From: Thermococcus kodakarensis KOD1 | GTDB lineage: Archaea > Methanobacteriota_B > Thermococci > Thermococcales > Thermococcaceae | Assembly (NCBI RefSeq): GCF_000009965.1 | Contig: NC_006624.1 | Location: forward strand, 1,140,001 to 1,172,000 | Reading direction: 5' to 3' | DNA length: 32,000 nt | Translations under genes and position numbers: made by a program | The notes under the pieces: generated by a model | Told to the model about the DNA's origin: nothing | The model's input: the letters and a program-made list of their open reading frames with translations, nothing else | Databases searched by the model: none | Shown: in pieces, positions 9,272-17,773 of the stretch | Numbering within the stretch: position 1 is the stretch's first letter | Layout of the letters: each line of letters begins with the position of its first letter

Positions 9272-9895
9272 GTGGTAAATGTGGTTTACTTCGAACATGC
9301 AACTGACCCGGTGACATTTGGCCTCTTCATGGTGCTCTACTACGCATCGATTCCCCTTGCGATCATCGTGTGGGCCTTTAAGTACTACCCGTATATACAG
9401 AAAAGAGAATACCATCTCAAAGAGCTTGGAGCTTTCCTCCTCCTTGCCTTTATGGTGACGTCTTTCTCCGGGTACTCTCTCCTTAACCAGTACCTATACC
9501 TCCACTCGCCTTTCGATTCAATATCCTGCTACACCTCCTCATGTGTACTGTCATCCGCACTAACTAGTGAGTACGGCTTCTCTGAGGAGGAGCTCAAAAG
9601 CTACGGCCTCCCCTCAGTGGGAGTGATGACTGTCTTCAGGATATCTGACGTTGTAGTCAGCAAAAGTTTGCTTAAGCCCAAGAGATTAAACAACATTGTA
9701 ATTACGAGGGCATGGCTCATACTGCCGGTCGTTGATGTTTACGTGTACCACGTGTCGACTGGTCCCACCAAGAGAATAGTGGGAAAAGAGAGGTTTTACT
9801 TTGTGTGGCCATTATCTCCAGGGTCTTTCCTGAGCGAGAAATTTGACGCGGACTTCACCGTTTTGATCACAGGAAATAGTGGAGCCGGGGCATGA
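9272..9895 (+). CDS. Hypothetical membrane protein
   Basis: Two N-terminal hydrophobic helices are present (VTFGLFMVLYYASIPLAIIVWAF and LGAFLLLAFMVTSFSGYSLL). A TATA-like ATTTTAAAG at 9238-9246 lies about 27 nt before the GTG start. I recognise no family, and the local sequence is AT-richer. Confidence 0.45.
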   Translation: MVNVVYFEHATDPVTFGLFMVLYYASIPLAIIVWAFKYYPYIQKREYHLKELGAFLLLAFMVTSFSGYSLLNQYLYLHSPFDSISCYTSSCVLSSALTSEYGFSEEELKSYGLPSVGVMTVFRISDVVVSKSLLKPKRLNNIVITRAWLILPVVDVYVYHVSTGPTKRIVGKERFYFVWPLSPGSFLSEKFDADFTVLITGNSGAGA

Positions 9896-10142
9896 CTGCT
9901 TTTGTCTCTTTTCTCTGCATCATCTTTGTCCCCCTCAGCTCTTTTACCAGTTCTTCCATAACGCCCAGGAACGTCTCTACTTCTTCGATGCTGTTGTAGA
10001 CGTGGAAGGATCCCTCAACCTGAAAATCCGTGCCCCCGCACAGGGAACACCTAAGCTGCCTTCTCTCCATGAGAATCACCGATGTTACCATCTGCTTGGA
10101 GTATAAATATGTTGCGCCTGGTAAAATGATCGAAGTTGCCAT
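9867..10142 (-). pseudogene. Probable C-terminal remnant of a class V aminotransferase / SufS-type cysteine desulfurase
   Basis: The ORF contains LMERRQL...EGSFHVYNSIEEVETFLGVMEELVKELRG. This resembles the conserved C-terminus of SufS/CsdA enzymes (PLMERLG...RASFyvYNTeEEvDrfv..l). The preceding roughly 330 aa of such an enzyme are absent. The ORF has no convincing ribosome-binding site or promoter, and it overlaps the 3' end of the convergent gene by 29 nt. Confidence 0.3.
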
Positions 10143-10209
10143 ACAGTCCGGACTTGTTTTTAAGCAAAATTTAAAAATCTCGTTTATTACTCTTATTGGT
10201 GATGGGGTT

Positions 10210-11031
10210 ATGGTGAAAAGAGTATCAAAGCTAAAACGTATTGATGGAATAACTCACGGGAGCCATATAGACACGGTTTATCCCGACCCTGCTGTGGCTC
10301 TGAACTTGCTGATGGAGGGAATTAAAGATAATGAGCCTCGGATTGCGACTGTGGAGTTAAATGTTGGTAAAATCCTGCCCCGCAAAAAGACCGTCAATGT
10401 GTGGATATACGACGTGTCCTTTGGCGACGATGTGTTCATGAGATCACTTCTGATTGAGGATTCCAAGAAGAAGATCCTCCAGTTTGCAACGGCTTTTCCC
10501 GTTCTCAACTCGGAAACGAGTGTTGAGTTTGAGGTGAACGAGATTCTCGAGTGGGCTAACAGGCTGGAAGCGAACGTCTCGGGTAAGGTCATCGGAGAGG
10601 AGACTCCCTATGTGAGCTTCTTTGCAGTTGATTACATCGAGAGAAAAGCCGACTACCTGGAGCTTGACACTGCCAGGGCAAAGCTGGCCTTCCTCGCTTA
10701 CTGGGCCAAGGTTGGGCCGATAGGGGATAAAATCTCCGTCAGCCCGCAGAATGGAGAGCCTGTGCAGATTAACTTGGAAGATGCCGAGCTGCTCCTCCCA
10801 GCCTCGTTCAAGGGCGCATTCATGGACGACTACGCCATAACCGGCAGGGTGCTGAGGGTCAAGCCCAGCAGGACGTTATACGGCGATGGATACCTTATAA
10901 GACTGAAGAGTCTCCCCTTGGGCGAGATAGACCTCTTCGTTCTCAGAGAACACCTGAAAGGAGAGAACAAGGAGATAAAAGAAGGGGAAATGCTTACCGC
11001 CGTTGGATGGCTCCAGGGAGGGCTCGTTTAG
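10210..11031 (+). CDS. Hypothetical protein (273 aa, soluble, no recognised family)
   Basis: The ATG at 10210 has a GGTGA 8 nt upstream and an AT-rich TATA-like AAATTTAAAAA at about 10168-10178. The longer ORF-track start at 10030 would run through that promoter. The stop codon overlaps the stop of the convergent aIF5B gene (TTTAG/TAA). Confidence 0.6.
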   Translation: MVKRVSKLKRIDGITHGSHIDTVYPDPAVALNLLMEGIKDNEPRIATVELNVGKILPRKKTVNVWIYDVSFGDDVFMRSLLIEDSKKKILQFATAFPVLNSETSVEFEVNEILEWANRLEANVSGKVIGEETPYVSFFAVDYIERKADYLELDTARAKLAFLAYWAKVGPIGDKISVSPQNGEPVQINLEDAELLLPASFKGAFMDDYAITGRVLRVKPSRTLYGDGYLIRLKSLPLGEIDLFVLREHLKGENKEIKEGEMLTAVGWLQGGLV

Positions 11032-14000
11032 ACCGCCCTCCAGAACGGGTCTTCTTTCGCCTTTACCTTTGCCGTCATCTTGAGGGCCTTTATGTCTGTC
11101 TCTTCAAGCTCGTCCTTGAGCTGCTTGGCGAGAATTATGACGTCGTTCTTGCTGAGGTCAACGTAGAGGGTCTCCCCGGGGTGTATGTGCCTGCCGACTA
11201 TCGCGCCCTCGATGGCTATTGCCACCGCGTCCCCCTTCTTCGCCTCCTGGACGAAGTCGTTCTTGTTCTTTATCGACTTGATGACGCCGACCTTCTCGCC
11301 GGTCTCCTTGATCAGAGTCACACCCGGCCTTATCCTGCCCTCGAGGACTTCGACGCCGACTATGGCCGGCTTGCTCCTTCTGAAGACGTAGCGCTCGTCC
11401 GGGTAGAGCCTGATAACGCCTGGGAAGGTGACGTTCTTGAGGAGCTCGCGCTTCCTCTTCTCCTCCTCTTCCTTCACCCAGGCCTCGTAGTCCTCGATGA
11501 GCTTGTAGATAATGTTGCCAACGAAGATTGGGACGCCCTTTGCGTTCGCAACCTCTTCTGCATCTTCGTTGACCTTGACGTTAAAGCCGAGGACGACCCC
11601 GTACTTCGGCTCCTCCTCCTTAACGCTCAGGGCCTCCATAACGTCGGTCTTGCTGATGTTGCCAACATCTGCCTTTCTGATGGGGATTCCCTTCTCCTGG
11701 AGCTCCTTGCTGAGGGCCTCAAGGCTTCCAAGTGTGTCGGCCTTGACTATGACACCGATCTTGCCGGTGTTTATGACGACGCTCTGAATCTGGCTGAGTA
11801 TCTCCTGCTTTGCCTTTTCAATCTCCTCCTCGGAGCGCGCCGCTATGACTGGTGAACCAGCTAACGCCTCCTCAAGGCCCGGAGCCGCTATCTTGACACC
11901 CGCCGCCGCTGTTACCTCATCAACCTGGTCGAAGCGGAACCTCGGGTCCCTGATCTCGTCGAGGGGTTTTGGCTTCAGGAGCGCGCGGATTTTGGTAACT
12001 ATCGCCTTGTCCTTTCCGCCAACCACTATCGTGTCGTCCTTTCTCAGAGTTCCATCGTAGATGATGACGTCGATGGTTGTCCCGAGGCCAACCTCTTCTC
12101 TGACCTCGAGGATGGTACCGCGTGCGGGGCCTTCAACCTCTATCTTCAGCTTCTCCTCAAGGTACTTCTGGGAGAGGCCTGCTATGAGGACGAGAAGTTC
12201 TGGAATGCCTATGCCGTACTTGGCTGAGATTGGGACGATCGCAAGCTCCCTGGTGAAGTCCTGAACGCGGTCGAAGCGGTTGGCGTTGAATCCCATCTCG
12301 TAGAACTTTCCTATCAGTTCCCAGAGCTTGGTTTCCAGCTCCTGTATTGCTCTCTGATCCTGCTTCTTAATGTTGACGAGGAAAGGCTCGTCCTCCTCGA
12401 TGACCCAGCCCTTTATCCTGTCTATCTTGTTGGCGGCAACTATAAAGGGCGTTCTATACCGCCTCAGGATTTCGATGCTCTCTATCGTCTGCGGCTGGAA
12501 GCCCTCGTTTATGTCAACAACGAGGACCGCCAAATCGGCGAGGCTTCCTCCCCTAGCCCTGAGGCTCGTAAAGGCCTCGTGGCCGGGAGTGTCGATGAAG
12601 AGCAGTCCGGGGAGCTTTATCTCGCCCTTCCAGAGCTTGATGAGCGGGCCGGCGAGCTGTTTGACAACATCTATCGGAACCTCAGTTGCACCTATGTGCT
12701 GGGTTATTCCCCCCGCTTCCTTTCCAGCCACGTTCGTGTGCCTGATGCGGTCGAGGAGGGTGGTGTTGTGGACGAGGATGCCGTTGGCCACGAAGTTGTG
12801 GGTCTCAGTTGTGACATCATAGACGTAACCCTCGTATTCGAACTCTTCTATGTCCTCAACCGGAATGAACACGAGGTTTTCAGCGAGGTTCCTGATGTAG
12901 TCAACGTCACTTGAGTCAAACTCCCTGTTGCGCCAGACTTCGAGGAGCTCTCTTCCAAGCTCTGTGAGCTTTCCGTCCTTTATCAGCCCATCCTTTTCGA
13001 AGGCTTTAATGTAGTTGTGATCCCTTATCCTACCCTCGAGGACGGCGATTTTTTTGTCGAGGTTAATTGAGCCTTTCTCGATGGCGTCGAGAATTCTCAT
13101 TAGAGTCTCGTAGCTCGGGGCTTCTTCGGATTCGTATTTTCCGTAGAACGGAACGTTTGAGTTAAGCTCCGTCCTTGTGAAGCCGAAGAGGAGCCTCAGG
13201 CGCTTCAGTTCCTCGAAAATCGGATAGCTTTCGCTCCTCCTGCTCTTTTTAATTGCCTTTTCAAGAGCCTCCGCCTTGTTCTTCACCGAGAAACCTATGT
13301 ACCTTCTGAATAGGTCGAGGTTTCTCCTGCCAGATATAACGAGGGTCGTGTAGTCCGAGCGGTAGATCTTTGAGACTATTCCAAAGCGGAGAAGGAGCAA
13401 TGAAAGGTCCTCAAGGAACTCCTGGGATGCGCTCGTCACTTCAATCCTCGCGTCCTTAAGGCTGACGTGCCCGTCGGCATCAAAGTACCCCCTGAGGAAG
13501 CGGGAGACGTACTTTCTGGGGGCAATGAAGAGTATCCTTGGGACTCTAATGCTCTTCGCCTTCTGTCTCTCGGGGTATTCAAACAGGACTCTGAGAAGCC
13601 TCAGCAGGGCGTTTTTGCCGTTGGTGAGTTCAATCTCGTAAGATGTGGTGCGCTCCACTCTCTTCACTGCCACCCCGAGGACTGAAAGCTTCTTCAGCTC
13701 CTCGTAGACCTCAACATCGTTGTTGGCTATCTTGTCCTGGCTTCCGTCTCCGAACATAACGCCCGCGAAGTAGAAGAACGCCTCCCATTCCTCCGGAGAG
13801 CGCGGAAGCTTTACGTAGTGGAGCGGCTTCCCTGAGCGGTGCATCCTTGGGGTGAAGGCCACCCTTTCCACTTCGTCCCACAGGTTGAGCCTCTCTATGT
13901 CCTCCCACCTGAAAACGTTCCTCTCAACTTTGTACGCCCTGTCGCCCTTAAACTCGCTGGAGATTTTGCTGAGTACTTCTCCCCTGAGCTTTGCGATTAG

Positions 14001-14471
14001 CTCATCGTTCTTGAGCTTCTCATAAACGAAGGAGACGAATCTCTCATCACTCTCGTTCCCGTGGATTACCCTCGGAACGGCGACGTAGTCCCCCGGCTTG
14101 AGCTGGTCTGCGCGTACCCATCCCCTCGTTGTCAGGAAAGGATGTTCTGGCGTAACCGAAACCGAGTGCCAGTTCTTGAGCTTGACTCTGAGCATTTTGC
14201 CCCTATGCCTCACCTTCCAGACGTACGGGCTTTCGAGAACTCTTAACCTTCCATCTTCGCCCACTATTGTGAGTTTCGCTCCGAGCTTTCTGATTTCCTT
14301 CTCGTTGTCAGCGACTACGGTTTCTTTAGCTAAATCGAACAGTCCCTTAAGTGTTATCGGGCCGTGCTCGGGCAGTATCACTTTCTCATCTGGCAACAGG
14401 CACTTGCCGTGGTCAACGTGGCCGAGAACCGCGATGATTGGCTGTCTAATTCTCTTCGTCATTTTTCTCAC
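11028..14471 (-). CDS. infB: Translation initiation factor aIF5B (IF2-type GTPase) precursor containing one intein
   Basis: The extein reads IIAVLGHVDHGK|...|TTLLDRIRHTNV (G1 motif), then DTPGHEAF (G3) and NKID (G4), followed by beta-barrel and C-terminal domains typical of aIF5B. Of the 1147 aa, 546 are intein. A GGTGA ribosome-binding site lies 5 nt before the ATG. Confidence 0.95.
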   Translation of the reverse strand: MRKMTKRIRQPIIAVLGHVDHGKCLLPDEKVILPEHGPITLKGLFDLAKETVVADNEKEIRKLGAKLTIVGEDGRLRVLESPYVWKVRHRGKMLRVKLKNWHSVSVTPEHPFLTTRGWVRADQLKPGDYVAVPRVIHGNESDERFVSFVYEKLKNDELIAKLRGEVLSKISSEFKGDRAYKVERNVFRWEDIERLNLWDEVERVAFTPRMHRSGKPLHYVKLPRSPEEWEAFFYFAGVMFGDGSQDKIANNDVEVYEELKKLSVLGVAVKRVERTTSYEIELTNGKNALLRLLRVLFEYPERQKAKSIRVPRILFIAPRKYVSRFLRGYFDADGHVSLKDARIEVTSASQEFLEDLSLLLLRFGIVSKIYRSDYTTLVISGRRNLDLFRRYIGFSVKNKAEALEKAIKKSRRSESYPIFEELKRLRLLFGFTRTELNSNVPFYGKYESEEAPSYETLMRILDAIEKGSINLDKKIAVLEGRIRDHNYIKAFEKDGLIKDGKLTELGRELLEVWRNREFDSSDVDYIRNLAENLVFIPVEDIEEFEYEGYVYDVTTETHNFVANGILVHNTTLLDRIRHTNVAGKEAGGITQHIGATEVPIDVVKQLAGPLIKLWKGEIKLPGLLFIDTPGHEAFTSLRARGGSLADLAVLVVDINEGFQPQTIESIEILRRYRTPFIVAANKIDRIKGWVIEEDEPFLVNIKKQDQRAIQELETKLWELIGKFYEMGFNANRFDRVQDFTRELAIVPISAKYGIGIPELLVLIAGLSQKYLEEKLKIEVEGPARGTILEVREEVGLGTTIDVIIYDGTLRKDDTIVVGGKDKAIVTKIRALLKPKPLDEIRDPRFRFDQVDEVTAAAGVKIAAPGLEEALAGSPVIAARSEEEIEKAKQEILSQIQSVVINTGKIGVIVKADTLGSLEALSKELQEKGIPIRKADVGNISKTDVMEALSVKEEEPKYGVVLGFNVKVNEDAEEVANAKGVPIFVGNIIYKLIEDYEAWVKEEEEKRKRELLKNVTFPGVIRLYPDERYVFRRSKPAIVGVEVLEGRIRPGVTLIKETGEKVGVIKSIKNKNDFVQEAKKGDAVAIAIEGAIVGRHIHPGETLYVDLSKNDVIILAKQLKDELEETDIKALKMTAKVKAKEDPFWRAV
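12765..14402 (-). mobile_element. Intein (546 aa) with a LAGLIDADG homing endonuclease, inserted in the aIF5B P-loop
   Basis: The first residue is Cys (codon at 14402-14400, directly after GHVDHGK). The last residues are His-Asn (12770-12765), followed by the +1 Thr. Two LAGLIDADG blocks are present, FFYFAGVMFGDGS and RFLRGYFDADGHV. Removing the intein restores GHVDHGKTTLLD. Confidence 0.9.
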
Positions 14472-14555
14472 CTGAGCTAAAGTCCGGCGTGGGCTTTTAA
14501 AGGTTAGCCGGGGGAAGGATTAAAAATCCATGCAGTAAATCCTGACGGTGGTGAG

Positions 14556-15401
14556 ATGATAGGACTTGTGGTTGGAACTCTACTCGGCATTCTATTGGCT
14601 CTCATCGCGGGCAGACTGAGGGGAAGGGGTAGCGAGATCTTCATGTCGCTGCTGGGAATACCGGTCTTTACCTACGCATTCTCGGTTCCGTTTGCGGAGA
14701 CTTGGCCGCGGAATACCTACATCTGCGCTGGAACGTGCCTCACTCCTACCCAATGGGCGGGGGTATGGGTGTTTTTGTCGTTTCTGGTTGCGGTTGTCTA
14801 TTCCTACTTCCGGGCGAGGGAGAGCCTGAGCATTGACGAGTACGTTCAGGTCTCGTACCTGGCGTTGGGGATATTTGCGGGGGCGGTCGTACTTTCGTCA
14901 ACACTGCTTCCCGCTTTGATCGTTCCGGGCATTCTGGCCTACGCCCTCCTTGTCTGGCCGAGGGAAGAAAGTTCTATAAAGTTCCTTAAAGTTGAAAGGA
15001 CGGACTTCCTTGAAGGAGCTGAGGTTTACACCGACGAGAATAGCATGATGGCCTTTAAGAATGGTAGAACGCTCTTCATCGGGGGAGCAGTCCTCAAAGA
15101 ATTTCCTCGCTCCAGGGAGCTTGCGGAATGCACTTTGAAGGCTCCAAATCCAAGTCCAGGGATGAAGCTTGCGATTTTAATCGTTGGGTTCCTCCCGGCA
15201 ACGCTTCTCTTCCTTGTTCCAAGGGGTGTTCTTGCAATAGCCGCCTACGGTATCGTTGTCTTGATGACCTTCCTGCTACTCGGAAAGGTTGCAGTCAGCA
15301 GAACGAATAAAAGGCTTCCCGAGGAATGTCGCGAGGTTCTGAAGGAGTACTCGGACTTCATAAGGAAAAAGAAGGGGAAGCTCGACATTGTAATAGACTA
15401 A
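14556..15401 (+). CDS. Hypothetical multi-pass membrane protein
   Basis: The 281-aa product has at least 6 hydrophobic segments and a central soluble insert. A GGTGGTGA ribosome-binding site lies immediately upstream of the ATG. The gene is encoded opposite to its flanking conserved neighbours. Confidence 0.6.
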   Translation: MIGLVVGTLLGILLALIAGRLRGRGSEIFMSLLGIPVFTYAFSVPFAETWPRNTYICAGTCLTPTQWAGVWVFLSFLVAVVYSYFRARESLSIDEYVQVSYLALGIFAGAVVLSSTLLPALIVPGILAYALLVWPREESSIKFLKVERTDFLEGAEVYTDENSMMAFKNGRTLFIGGAVLKEFPRSRELAECTLKAPNPSPGMKLAILIVGFLPATLLFLVPRGVLAIAAYGIVVLMTFLLLGKVAVSRTNKRLPEECREVLKEYSDFIRKKKGKLDIVID

Positions 15402-15402
15402 A

Positions 15403-15927
15403 TCAGCGCTCCAGACAGTCCATGCTGTCCAGGTATTCCTTCTTTGACCTCGCGTGGGTGTGGTAGAACCAGTCTGCGGCCTTGCAGTACTCGAAGAGTT
15501 CCTCGGGCTTGAAGTAGAGGTTTATCTCCCTCTCGGCGCTCTCCGGGCTGTCGCTGGCGTGGATCACGTTGTAGATTGCATCTCCAACGTCGAGGCCGTA
15601 GTCGCCCCTTATACTCCCTGGCTCGGCGTCCTTCGGGTCGGTGGCTCCTGCCATCTTCCTGACGACGCTTATGGCGTATCTTCCCTCAACGACCATAACG
15701 ACGCTCGGAGCCTTGGTTATGTAGTCGATGAGCGGCTCGAAGAAGGGCTTACCCTTGTGCTCCGCGTAGTGCTTCTCGGCAAGCTTCCTGTCAATCCATA
15801 TCATCTTCATTCCGACGATCTTGAGACCGCGCTTCTCAAAACGGCTGATGATTTCCCCCATGAGGCCCCTAACGACGGCGTCGGGCTTCAAAATAATGAG
15901 GGTTCTTTCAATCTGTTTGTCTGCCAT
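15403..15927 (-). CDS. ndk: Nucleoside diphosphate kinase
   Basis: Recognised motifs are [17 protein letters not shown] and [16 protein letters not shown] (active-site His). The ATG at 15927 has a GGTG 7 nt upstream. The ORF-track GTG at 15936 is the alternative start. Confidence 0.9.
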   Translation of the reverse strand: MADKQIERTLIILKPDAVVRGLMGEIISRFEKRGLKIVGMKMIWIDRKLAEKHYAEHKGKPFFEPLIDYITKAPSVVMVVEGRYAISVVRKMAGATDPKDAEPGSIRGDYGLDVGDAIYNVIHASDSPESAEREINLYFKPEELFEYCKAADWFYHTHARSKKEYLDSMDCLER

Positions 15928-15986
15928 TGGCAACACCGAAGTTGATACTCGGGGGGGTTAATAGGTTTTGTGTAATGGTGGATGGG

Positions 15987-15999
15987 AATAAAAAATATT
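15987..15999 (-). terminator. Oligo-T terminator (minus strand AATATTTTTTATT) after the secreted-protein gene
   Basis: A run of six T, flanked by further T residues, lies about 20-30 nt downstream of the stop at 16018. Confidence 0.5.
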
Positions 16000-16017
16000 G
16001 AGAAACAGCACAAACCA

Positions 16018-17226
16018 TCAGCCGACTTTTACATACCAGGTGACGGCCCCCCAGGTATCGTGTTTGTACGGGGTGGATGACCATTCTATATGAGGCCCTG
16101 AATATGAGTAAGTGCCCCCTCCCACGTCATAGTACTTGAATGTCGCTTGGAACTTTACATTTACTATGGCATGCCATTGTCCATCGTGGAGTGCATTTTC
16201 ATTCACGTGTCCTTCGGATGCAACGTTGGTTTTAAACGAATACTTAGCGTCCTCAGAGTACATGTTGAAATCCAAGAGCCATGTGGCTGTTTCAGTTGAT
16301 CTGTCAACGGCAGGAAGTATTTTCGAATCTGGTATTGTCACGGTAAACGTAACAGCAGGTGGATAACCCACGGTGACTTGAGTGGTTGTATGACCACCTA
16401 AAGACCCCACGGGATCGGCTCTATCCAACTGTGGATCAAGATTGGGTTCGAGGTTCCAATTGTGGATTATCTTAGAGGAATCAGCCACATAACGCTTGTA
16501 GTTTTTATTTCCCTCAACTTCCAAAAGCCCATATCCTGGATCTATTTCGTATCGTCCCTCCCCGTTTTCATCAGGAGCAACTAGAAAGTACTCCCTGCTG
16601 GGGTCATCGTCATTCCAGAGACCGTATGCATAGAATTTTGCATAGATGTTTCCGTATGGGGGATCGTTGACTTCAATAGTTAAGGCGCCGAAGTTGTGCC
16701 AGTATGGCGAGCTCTCACCACTGTAAACCTTCACATTGCCGTTGCTGTCCACTGCTTTAACTTTCCATCCTTCTGGAACGCCAATCTTCTCTTTGGGGAT
16801 TATGTCTGGCTTGAACTTTGGTGCCTTTTTGCTCCACTGCAGAAGCTCGTCCTTAATTTTGTCAGATAGTATTGGAGCTCCACTTCTTGTTGCAGTGATA
16901 AGAATATCTACTCTCCCCTCTTCGGTTACCTTTATCCCATAACCGGTTATGACTAAGCTTTTTGGCAGTTCTGGAACCGCGTAGACGTGCCACTTGGCGT
17001 TTGGAGCGCTCTCTTCGACAAGCGTCTGGACAGTGCTTTTGAGAACATCACTGTCCAGTGGAAAACTGTTCTCGCTATAAAGGAGGTATGCAGTGTAGTT
17101 GCTTTCTGTGATCTTCTGTATCGCTGGGATACTGTACTGGACGCTCTCGTTCGTTGGGTATGCCGAAGCAACAAACAGACTCCCAACCAAAACTCCAAGT
17201 AGGAACCATACCATCTTCTGTCGCAT
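16018..17226 (-). CDS. Secreted hypothetical protein (orphan, beta-rich, W/Y-rich)
   Basis: The N-terminal signal-like peptide is MRQKMVWFLLGVLVGSLFVASAYP. I recognise no family. By hand count, several 60-nt lines here give about 43-47% G+C, against roughly 55-60% in flanking genes. Confidence 0.7.
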   Translation of the reverse strand: MRQKMVWFLLGVLVGSLFVASAYPTNESVQYSIPAIQKITESNYTAYLLYSENSFPLDSDVLKSTVQTLVEESAPNAKWHVYAVPELPKSLVITGYGIKVTEEGRVDILITATRSGAPILSDKIKDELLQWSKKAPKFKPDIIPKEKIGVPEGWKVKAVDSNGNVKVYSGESSPYWHNFGALTIEVNDPPYGNIYAKFYAYGLWNDDDPSREYFLVAPDENGEGRYEIDPGYGLLEVEGNKNYKRYVADSSKIIHNWNLEPNLDPQLDRADPVGSLGGHTTTQVTVGYPPAVTFTVTIPDSKILPAVDRSTETATWLLDFNMYSEDAKYSFKTNVASEGHVNENALHDGQWHAIVNVKFQATFKYYDVGGGTYSYSGPHIEWSSTPYKHDTWGAVTWYVKVG

Positions 17227-17337
17227 CTGAGCCCCCCAACGGGGTTGTCAATTAAGAAAACGCATTCATGACATTTAACTGTTTCGCTCTCCCAAAATTA
17301 GAGATTGTCAAGGAATAGCATTGAACCAAAATTACTA

Positions 17338-17352
17338 AAGAAAAATGGAAAA
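17338..17352 (-). terminator. Oligo-T terminator after the L24e gene
   Basis: The minus strand reads CTTTTCCATTTTTCTTT directly after the L24e stop codon. Confidence 0.45.
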
Positions 17353-17354
17353 GT

Positions 17355-17558
17355 TCACTTCCTCTTGGCCCTCTGGAGCCTGGCCTCCTGGAAGGCCTTG
17401 GTCCACTTGAGCTTTCTGGGATTTCTACCCATGAAGTAGTACTTCTCGCACTTGCTTGAGCAGAAGAACAGGACTCTGCCATCGTTCCTGACGAACATCT
17501 TGCCCGTTCCCGGCTCGAACTCCCTTCCGCAGTAGGAGCAGACGTTCCAGCGGGCCAT
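17355..17558 (-). CDS. rpl24e: 50S ribosomal protein L24e
   Basis: [41 protein letters not shown] is the L24e zinc-ribbon signature. The alternative ATG at 17564 (MKMARW) overlaps the S28e stop (ATGA). The GGAGGAGGAG ribosome-binding site abuts that first ATG, so the second ATG has better spacing. Confidence 0.9.
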
Positions 17559-17560
17559 CT

Positions 17561-17773
17561 TCATCTCCTCCTCCTGATCTCTCTGGCCTCACGCTCGGTT
17601 TCTCTGAGTATGACTATGTCACCGACGCGGACCGGCCCCTTAACGTTCCTCCTTATGACCCTACCCTTGTCGCGGCCTTCGAGGATTCTGACCTTGACCT
17701 GGGTAACGCCACCGGTAACGCCGGTCCTGCCGACGATCTCAATAACCTCAGCAGGGTATCCTTCGTCGCTCAT
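17561..17773 (-). CDS. rps28e: 30S ribosomal protein S28e
   Basis: The 70-aa product reads [57 protein letters not shown], the canonical S28e sequence. Confidence 0.95.

Noticed and set aside
9623-9648. GTGATGA-N15-CUGA on the plus strand inside the hypothetical membrane gene. Isolated RTGATGA hits also occur inside CDSs at 12061, 14044 (minus strand), 21565 (minus strand), 24941 and 29718.
   Set aside because: None has the full C/D'/C'/D set, the 12-nt spacing or a terminal stem. The hit at 21565 is simply the ATGATG start of the AAA+ gene.
10030-10209. The ORF-track extension of the 273-aa hypothetical gene back to 10030.
   Set aside because: It runs through the AT-rich promoter-like region and is antisense to the desulfurase-like fragment. 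The ATG at 10210 has a proper GGTGA ribosome-binding site.
11007-11855. A 282-aa plus-strand ORF, plus many other plus-strand ORFs from 11185 to 14475, antisense to infB.
   Set aside because: These are shadow ORFs of a GC-rich, strongly supported minus-strand gene. Their composition (L/D/E/V/A-rich, low complexity) and lack of a ribosome-binding site or promoter argue against coding. The same reasoning applies to 1459-1959, 4225-4995, 5459-6214, 23943-24497, 25374-26114, 29556-30194 and 30998-31693.
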